A model generated the notes under the pieces. It made no database searches. It saw only the letters and a program-made list of their open reading frames with translations, and was not told the origin of the DNA. Both the position numbers and the translations under genes were made by a program. Below, piece by piece: positions 26,757 to 32,000 of a stretch of 32,000 bases of DNA. The stretch spans positions 5,130,001-5,162,000 of the forward strand of contig NZ_CP074694.1 in the NCBI RefSeq assembly GCF_018398935.1. Direction: 5' to 3'. Origin of the DNA: Telmatocola sphagniphila. Lineage in GTDB: Bacteria; Planctomycetota; Planctomycetia; Gemmatales; Gemmataceae. The first letter of the stretch is position 1; the number at the start of each line of letters is the position of its first letter.

Positions 26757-26873
26757 AATCGATGGTATGAACGAAAGATGTTCTCAATTGGTCCAGATTA
26801 AGCAAGTCCGAAAAATGGTTGTCCAGTTGCGAAATTCACTGCCTACCATTTTTAAGGAATTGGAAATTGCACG

Positions 26874-27323
26874 ATGAAAGCGCTCTCAATTTTACAGCCT
26901 TATGCCTGGGCAATCATTCACGGGAAGATCAAGACTGTGGAAAATCGAACCTGGGCTACATCATATCGTGGACGAATTGCAATCCATGCTGGAAAGGCAG
27001 CGACTTGCCGAGAGGATTGCCAGCCTGATATATGGAACGGTGGCAGACTCCTTACGATGCCAGCCTACCCTCCTACCTGGAAGCAGCTACAGAGAGATGG
27101 TCAATTAGGAGCCATCATAGGATTCGTGGACCTGATTGACTGTGTAAGGTTCGAGGAGCTGCCTGAAGAGTATCAGTCGGATTTCGCCCAAGGGCCGTAT
27201 TGCTGGCTCTTACGCAATCCCAGAGCTATCCAATCCCCTATTCCTTACACAGGGCAAGTCAGGCTGTTCAACGTGCCAGACGAATACCTTGAATTAGAGC
27301 AAATTGGAAAATGCGAAAAATAA
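26874..27323 (+). CDS. ASCH domain protein (149 aa)
   Basis: MKALSILQPYAWAIIHGKIKTVENRTWATSYRGRIAIHAGK is the typical ASCH N-terminal beta-barrel signature, common in prophages and islands. Confidence 0.7.
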   Translation: MKALSILQPYAWAIIHGKIKTVENRTWATSYRGRIAIHAGKAATCREDCQPDIWNGGRLLTMPAYPPTWKQLQRDGQLGAIIGFVDLIDCVRFEELPEEYQSDFAQGPYCWLLRNPRAIQSPIPYTGQVRLFNVPDEYLELEQIGKCEK

Positions 27324-27531
27324 TGCTTCTGAAGAGTTGCTTGCAACATGACCAAAACTGGGCGAAATAGGACTTTTTAATCGCAGTGTAGATCACTGAC
27401 AATTAAAGCACTATTGTGCTGCAGAAACGAATACTCTGTACGATCGGCAAATAGTAGCATTACTTTTGCGTTGCGAATATCTATCCAAAATGGACAAGCA
27501 AAGCTTGATTGATCAAACAATTATCAGAATT

Positions 27532-27564
27532 GTGGCTCAAGTAGAGCCACTTTATATCTTTCTT
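27532..27564 (+). terminator. candidate intrinsic terminator
   Basis: gtggctc (27532-27538), loop aagta, gagccac (27544-27550), then the T-rich tail tttatatctttctt. It lies about 210 nt downstream of the ASCH stop, in a 500-bp non-coding stretch. Confidence 0.4.
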
Positions 27565-27692
27565 GTCTGACCTACCCCAATTCTAAATGAACTCGCCGGA
27601 TCAGTTTGATTGGGCTAGGAACCGAAATTTTAACGCATTGCGATTCGACGAGTAGCAACCGCTGGGAATGCTCAAAATAATTTGCACTCCTA

Positions 27693-27796
27693 TGCATATA
27701 CTCTTGCAAGCAACTACTTGGACAAATGGAGTCCTCGACGCGGATCGGCTAGTATTGAGATTTCTAAATTATTTACACACTGTTGCATATACTCTT
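27693..27796 (+). promoter_or_regulatory. pair of 13-bp direct repeats upstream of the excisionase-like gene (possible operator or arm-type sites)
   Basis: tgcatatactctt occurs at 27693-27705 and again at 27784-27796. The second copy ends 30 nt before the ATG at 27827. Confidence 0.35.
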
Positions 27797-27826
27797 TTAA
27801 CGAAGACAAAACATGCGAGGTGCAAA

Positions 27827-28057
27827 ATGACCGAAGAGTTACGTTTAAATTTGCAAAGCCAGGGAAGCAATTATTCCTGTAATGCAATTACTGGAACATA
27901 CGACACAAAAGACTTGGCAGTATTACTCAAATCATCAGAACGGCATATCCGTCGCATGGATGCTCTGGGTGAAATACCCGGTCGAATCAAGTTCGGTCGG
28001 TCAGTTCGGTACTCGAAAATCAAAATTGATAACTGGCTTTCTGGGGAAGGCAAATAA
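27827..28057 (+). CDS. excisionase/AlpA-like helix-turn-helix DNA-binding protein (76 aa)
   Basis: YDTKDLAVLLKSSERHIRRMDALGEIPGRIKFGRSVRYSKIKIDNWL fits the MerR-type HTH_17/excisionase pattern. A gagg sequence lies 7 nt upstream of the ATG. The longer ORF-track start at 27668 adds unlikely sequence. Confidence 0.65.
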   Translation: MTEELRLNLQSQGSNYSCNAITGTYDTKDLAVLLKSSERHIRRMDALGEIPGRIKFGRSVRYSKIKIDNWLSGEGK

Positions 28058-28065
28058 CATCACTT

Positions 28066-28091
28066 GTCGGGATGGTTCCGGTCATCCCGAC
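28066..28091 (+). terminator. stem-loop immediately after the excisionase-like gene
   Basis: A perfect 9-bp stem: gtcgggatg (28066-28074), 8-nt loop, catcccgac (28083-28091). The tail tctccttaatc is only moderately T-rich. Confidence 0.4.
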
Positions 28092-28272
28092 TCTCCTTAA
28101 TCAATCAATAATTTGCTGAGGCAGTATTTGAAAAATACCATGATAACGGCCTTAACATTGAGATCAACGTTTCCAATACAGGGAACGAAATATTGTGGTT
28201 TTCCATTTAAAAAAACGAGTTCTACGAATCTGCTGGGCCAACCCGTAACATTTCTGTCTGGGAGTGCGGAAC

Positions 28273-29352
28273 ATGAATGAGTGCGATCGACTACTAAAAT
28301 TCAAATCGTTTCACGAAATCTCCGAGAGCAAAATGGAATGGCTCTGGCGAGGTCGCATACCGAGAGGAGTACTTGTCGGATTGATAGGTATGCCGGGCGT
28401 GGGGAAATCCTTGATCTGTGTCGATATTGCTTCGCGCATAACAAAAGGCGTTGAACTGCCTTTCGATTCAACACCGCGAGATCCTGAGAACGTGCTATGG
28501 ATTTCTGCTGAAGAAGATGCTTCAACGATAATTAAACCTCGGCTCGGAGTGGCAGGGGCTGTTATGTCAAAAGTATTCTTTTTCACAGGTGCAGATAAAT
28601 GCGACTCTATGCTGGCACTTCCTCTAGATGCCAAACGATTAGAGGACGCGCTGACGGAGCACGACGCTAAAATGGTCGTAATCGATACTGCAACCTCTGT
28701 ACTTGAATCGCGATTATCTCACAACAGTGACAAAGATGTTCGAGAGGCTTTACTCCCACTTTCAAAGGTCGCTTCAGAAACTGGTGCGGTATTCATATTG
28801 ATTCGGCATACAAACAAGCGGAATGGTGAAAGTGCGTCTAATCGCGGCATAGGCAGTCGCGCGTGGGAAGGTGTTTGTCGGAGTGTCCTTTTCGTGGGGA
28901 CCCATCAAGAAAGTCAACAAAAAGCTGTTGGGGTGATGAAACTTAATTGTGGCCAGATCCCCCCACCGCTTACTTACGCCATACAAGATCAAGTAGGAAC
29001 AGGTTTGATCCAATGGGGTAAAGAGGCTCCAAATATCACCTGTGACGATTTGGCGACGCTACCAGCTATCAGTTCGGGCAGAAGCCGCGGGCGACCGTCC
29101 AAAACGAACCGAGATAGTGTAGAGGATCTGAAAACAATCTTTGGAGAACGACTCGACGTGGATTCTTCAGAAATTGAGGATAAGATGAAGAACTATGGGC
29201 ACTCTAAAGGGGCAATAGCTCATGCGAGAAAAATGCTAAAAATAAAATCGTTAAAAGTAGATCACAAGTGGTTTTGTCGTATGCCACCAGAGCAACTTTC
29301 ATCTCCCCTAAATGAACATCCACCTCGATGCGATAACATTCCGGAAAGTTGA
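28273..29352 (+). CDS. RecA-like AAA_25 family ATPase (RepA-like, typical of integrative elements), 359 aa
   Basis: The Walker A is LVGLIGMPGVGKSLICVDIA and the Walker B is KMVVIDTATS, followed by AVFILIRHTNK. The start could instead be the GTG at 28264. Confidence 0.65.
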   Translation: MNECDRLLKFKSFHEISESKMEWLWRGRIPRGVLVGLIGMPGVGKSLICVDIASRITKGVELPFDSTPRDPENVLWISAEEDASTIIKPRLGVAGAVMSKVFFFTGADKCDSMLALPLDAKRLEDALTEHDAKMVVIDTATSVLESRLSHNSDKDVREALLPLSKVASETGAVFILIRHTNKRNGESASNRGIGSRAWEGVCRSVLFVGTHQESQQKAVGVMKLNCGQIPPPLTYAIQDQVGTGLIQWGKEAPNITCDDLATLPAISSGRSRGRPSKTNRDSVEDLKTIFGERLDVDSSEIEDKMKNYGHSKGAIAHARKMLKIKSLKVDHKWFCRMPPEQLSSPLNEHPPRCDNIPES

Positions 29353-29383
29353 AAATTCTAGAATATGCAATAGAAATTGCACG

Positions 29384-29402
29384 TTTCAGGAACTTCCTGA
29401 AA
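29384..29402. promoter_or_regulatory. perfect 9-bp inverted repeat with 1-nt spacer upstream of the integrase gene
   Basis: tttcaggaa c ttcctgaaa. The spacer is too short for a stable hairpin loop, so it is more likely a dimeric-protein operator. It lies in the 232-bp gap between the AAA_25 gene and int. Confidence 0.35.
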
Positions 29403-29584
29403 TACTCTCGCCATAGGGTGGGATTCCGGGAAGTTGGGTTTCCTCAAAATAGAATTCACAGATTTATAACTGACATGGCGCGCTGCTAGAGGTGGCGCTA
29501 TAATCCTAAAACCCTTATCGGCCCGGGCGAAAGTGTCCTGAGTGCTTACCCTCGTTTTCAGTCCATTAATGGAAGGCAAGCAAA

Positions 29585-31204
29585 GTGAAACCATTTAGAA
29601 AAAAGTGGAGCCATTGGGAATTAGATGGGCAGCGCGTTAAAGCTGAGACACCCAATGCTAAGAAGATCACGACTGTTTCAAAGAAATGGTACGGGCTGAT
29701 CGGACAGAAGCAGGTCTCACTCTCCGAAAATCACCAACAATCTTGCCTGATGTTGAAAAAGTTGCAAGGTGATGGTGCCTTGCGAACGGTTGGTTTAGTC
29801 GATCCGCATGCGAAGCATCTAGATAAGCCCTTAATTGAGCATCTGAATGATTACGCAACGATGCTCCATGGAAAAGGTGCAACTGCAGGTCATGTAAAGC
29901 AAAAGATAAGTCGACTTACCGCCATGCTAAGAGATTGTGAATTTAAAACAGTTCGGGAAATCGATATTGGCCGAATAACAGAATGGCTGACGATCAAACG
30001 CAAGAATAGCTCGGCGCCGATACTTCCGACCAAAATAACGGAATTTACCCCAATACAGGCAACTGTGCTTCTTGGCATTTCAGGGACTGCACTCAGAGCA
30101 AAAATAAAACGATTAGGTCTTCCTGCCACTGGCAAAGGTAAGTCGCGCAAGTATCCCAGATCGACGCTAGAGTTCATCCTTGAAAAGACGAGCCAGGGGA
30201 TTGGTCCTGCAACCGCCAATTGCTATGTGGCTGCTGCGAAGTCTTTCGGGAACTGGCTGCGAAAATCCCGACGGTCTCCTATAAACCCTTTTGAAAACTT
30301 GGTTAGATTGAATGAATCTGGGGATATTCGACGAAAACGAAGCGAATTCTCGGTAAGCGAACTTCAGGAACTTTTGCAAACAACTCGCTTCAGTAAGCGA
30401 ATCTACCGTGGACTGACTGGAGAAGATCGCTATCAGCTTTACCTTACCGCCTATGCAACCGCATTTAGAGCTACTCCTCTTTCCAAGTTAACTCCAGAGG
30501 ATTTTCACTTCGATGCTGAGCTACCTTATGTCGCGCTAGCGGCTCGACACAATAAATGCTTGAAAGCGAAGGACCAACCTCTGATTGACTCAGTGCTGCC
30601 AACCCTAAAACCCTACATTTCTACCAAACCGAAAGGGCTCCCCATCTGGGGTGGGACATGGGCAAAGGACCACAAGGGCGCTGAAATGTTGCGGGGTGAT
30701 TTGGAAGAGGCAGGGATTCCGTACACTCTCGAAGGACCACACGGAGTAGAATATCGCGATTTTCACGCTCTAAGACATTCGGCACTGACTCATGCTGGCC
30801 GAGCGGGGATGAACCTCATGGACATTCGAGAGATGGCAGGGCACGGAGACGTAAAAGTTACCCAGCGTTATGTGCACCGTCGTTTAGATGATGTAGCGGG
30901 TAGCATGAATAAGTTGCCAAACATCCTAACTCTAGAGGGTAGCGAACGAGTCTTGGTTTCCTCTTCTATGGCTAGCGGGAAAAAATCTGCATCCATTCTG
31001 CATCCATATCCAGACGGCATTCCGGTTCATTCCCCATCATCCTCTGACAATAAACAGACAATTCCAGATAAGGGGCTACAAACGACAAAACCCCTGATTT
31101 CTCAAGGGTTTAGTGACCTACAGCCATCTTGCGACAGGTTGGGACAAAACGAGGATGACGGGACTCGAACCCGCAACCTCCGCCGTGACAGGGCGGCGCT
31201 CTAA
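29585..31204 (+). CDS. int: tyrosine site-specific integrase (539 aa as integrated)
   Basis: The catalytic-domain signature is FHALRHSALTHAGRAGMNLMDIREMAGHGDVKVTQRYVH (HxxR … Y). It lies adjacent to the tRNA-Asp target. The ORF has no stop until 31204, so it reads through attR into the tRNA gene. Confidence 0.85.
   Translation: MKPFRKKWSHWELDGQRVKAETPNAKKITTVSKKWYGLIGQKQVSLSENHQQSCLMLKKLQGDGALRTVGLVDPHAKHLDKPLIEHLNDYATMLHGKGATAGHVKQKISRLTAMLRDCEFKTVREIDIGRITEWLTIKRKNSSAPILPTKITEFTPIQATVLLGISGTALRAKIKRLGLPATGKGKSRKYPRSTLEFILEKTSQGIGPATANCYVAAAKSFGNWLRKSRRSPINPFENLVRLNESGDIRRKRSEFSVSELQELLQTTRFSKRIYRGLTGEDRYQLYLTAYATAFRATPLSKLTPEDFHFDAELPYVALAARHNKCLKAKDQPLIDSVLPTLKPYISTKPKGLPIWGGTWAKDHKGAEMLRGDLEEAGIPYTLEGPHGVEYRDFHALRHSALTHAGRAGMNLMDIREMAGHGDVKVTQRYVHRRLDDVAGSMNKLPNILTLEGSERVLVSSSMASGKKSASILHPYPDGIPVHSPSSSDNKQTIPDKGLQTTKPLISQGFSDLQPSCDRLGQNEDDGTRTRNLRRDRAAL
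31041..31192. repeat. attR: right copy of the 152-bp island-flanking direct repeat
   Basis: 147/152 identical to 5636-5787. It overlaps the integrase 3' end and tRNA-Asp positions 32-74. Confidence 0.9.
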
Positions 31205-31223
31205 CCAATTGAGCTACATCCCC
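31150..31223 (-). tRNA. tRNA-Asp (anticodon GTC), 74 nt, CCA not encoded
   Basis: The reverse complement is GGGGATGTAGCTCAATTGGTTAGAGCGCCGCCCTGTCACGGCGGAGGTTGCGGGTTCGAGTCCCGTCATCCTCG, and it folds by hand into a cloverleaf. The acceptor is GGGGATG/CATCCTC, the D stem GCTC/GAGC and the anticodon stem CCGCC/GGCGG. The anticodon loop is CTGTCAC, and the T arm is GCGGG-TTCGAGT-CCCGT. Confidence 0.9.
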
Positions 31224-31381
31224 AACCGATAGCTAAATATAAGCAGCCGACCCTCGCGCAGCAAGACCCCTCGACACATTTCCTTCACCGGTTTTGCCCC
31301 GCTCGTGGTACAATCCCTAAGAGCGTTTACCCGCCGCCCAGGTTCGCCCCGAAAATCTCCCGCTAACGAGGGTGCTCGGTT

Positions 31382-32000
31382 ATGTACTTTATCTTCGTCG
31401 TCCTCTTCAGCTTTTTCTGCCTGTTTCAGGCTCCGCGCGTTCAGTCTCCCGATAAAGAGCTGAACAAGTTCGAAAAAGAAATCGTGGCCTTCGAAGAACT
31501 GGACAAAAAACAGCCCGTGAAAACCGGCGGCATCCTTTTCGTCGGCAGCTCCACCATCCGCAAATGGAAACTCTCCAATAATTTCCCGGACCGAAGCGAT
31601 CTGATCAACCGCGGCTTCGGCGGCTCCGAGATTTCCGACAGCGTGAAGTACGCCAACCGAATTATTATCCCCTACAAACCCCGACAAATCGTCTTCTACG
31701 CCGGGGATAACGACCTGGCCAACTCCAAAAAGCCGGAAACCCTGCTGGAAGACTATCGTCAACTCGTTAAAGTGATTCGCCAGAGCCTGCCCGATACGGA
31801 GATTCTCTTTCTCTGCATCAAGCCGAGCCCGAGCCGGGAGAAACTACTACCCTTTCAAAATCAGGCTAACGCCTTGATCGAGGCCGAGATTCAGAAAGAC
31901 CCCAAGTCGAAATTCATCGATTTTCGCAAAGCGATTTTAGATCGCAACGGCATGGCCAAGCCCGAGCTGTTCGAGAAAGATCTGCTGCACCTGAATTTGG
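31382..32000 (+). CDS. SGNH/GDSL-family hydrolase with N-terminal signal peptide (3' end outside window)
   Basis: This gene is absent from the ORF track because no stop occurs before the window end. My translation is MYFIFVVLFSFFCLFQAPRVQS…GILFVGSSTIRKW (block I Ser)…NRGFGGSE (block II)…VFYAGDNDL (block III)…EKDLLHLN (block V DxxH). The 182-aa minus-strand ORF at 31214-31762 is its antisense shadow. Confidence 0.7.
   Translation, partial: MYFIFVVLFSFFCLFQAPRVQSPDKELNKFEKEIVAFEELDKKQPVKTGGILFVGSSTIRKWKLSNNFPDRSDLINRGFGGSEISDSVKYANRIIIPYKPRQIVFYAGDNDLANSKKPETLLEDYRQLVKVIRQSLPDTEILFLCIKPSPSREKLLPFQNQANALIEAEIQKDPKSKFIDFRKAILDRNGMAKPELFEKDLLHLNL

Larger units (their letters stand above)
5636..31192 (+). 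mobile_element. integrative genomic island in tRNA-Asp (unit length 25,405 bp) carrying a DISARM-type defence operon
   Basis: Supported by the direct repeats at both ends, a tyrosine integrase next to the intact tRNA, an excisionase-like HTH and an AAA_25 ATPase inside. Composition is mosaic, with a backbone visibly AT-richer than the flanking permease and SGNH genes. Confidence 0.85.

Noticed and set aside
29358-29594. 78-aa minus-strand ORF in the gap upstream of int
   Set aside because: It shows no motif. It spans the palindrome and the likely int promoter region and overlaps the int start, so it was treated as non-coding.
5636-31192. CRISPR array or other interspaced repeat system
   Set aside because: The only repeats found are the two att copies 25.4 kb apart, the IS terminal inverted repeats, a coding 33-bp tandem repeat and a pair of 13-mers. 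Nothing has regular repeat-spacer periodicity.
31214-31762. 182-aa minus-strand ORF from the track
   Set aside because: It overlaps the tRNA-Asp gene at its 3' end and is antisense to a plus-strand frame with clear SGNH-hydrolase blocks (GSS, GFGG, GDND, DxxH). It is a shadow ORF.

Overview
The window is dominated by a ~25.4-kb integrative genomic island inserted into a tRNA-Asp(GTC) gene. The island is bounded by a 152-bp direct repeat (5636-5787 and 31041-31192, 147/152 identical). The right-hand 43 nt of the repeat are the 3' part of the tRNA, starting exactly at the anticodon loop. The intact tRNA (31150-31223, minus strand) and a tyrosine integrase (29585-31204) sit at the right end. The cargo is one co-directional, tightly packed eight-gene operon (6290-25897). 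It holds all five hallmark genes of a class 1 DISARM defence system: SNF2 helicase drmD, a 1526-aa N6-adenine methyltransferase drmMI, helicase drmA, DUF1998 protein drmB and PLD nuclease drmC. It also holds three genes that, to my knowledge, are outside the described DISARM gene set. One is an AT-rich 538-aa orphan between drmD and drmMI, with a zinc ribbon and a possible HEPN-like Rx4H C-terminus. The other two are a start/stop-overlapping pair between drmMI and drmA: a coiled-coil SMC/ABC-type ATPase and a Schlafen-like AlbA_2/HATPase_c_4/wHTH protein. These three genes are the best candidates for an undescribed system or DISARM accessory module. The island backbone (26-31 kb) carries a zinc-ribbon membrane protein with a superinfection-immunity-like C-terminus, an ASCH protein, an excisionase-like HTH, a RecA-like AAA_25 ATPase and the integrase. 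Left of the island lies a low-GC decaying stretch (1.7-5.6 kb). It contains an IS1380-family element with a frameshifted transposase, a doubly frameshifted dual-specificity phosphatase, a DUF4288-like gene and small hypotheticals. Ordinary chromosomal genes flank everything: a partial FtsX-type ABC permease at the left edge and a partial SGNH hydrolase at the right edge. The SGNH gene is missing from the ORF track because it runs off the window. No CRISPR array or rRNA gene was seen. All domain calls rest on motifs read by eye from the translations; no searches were run.
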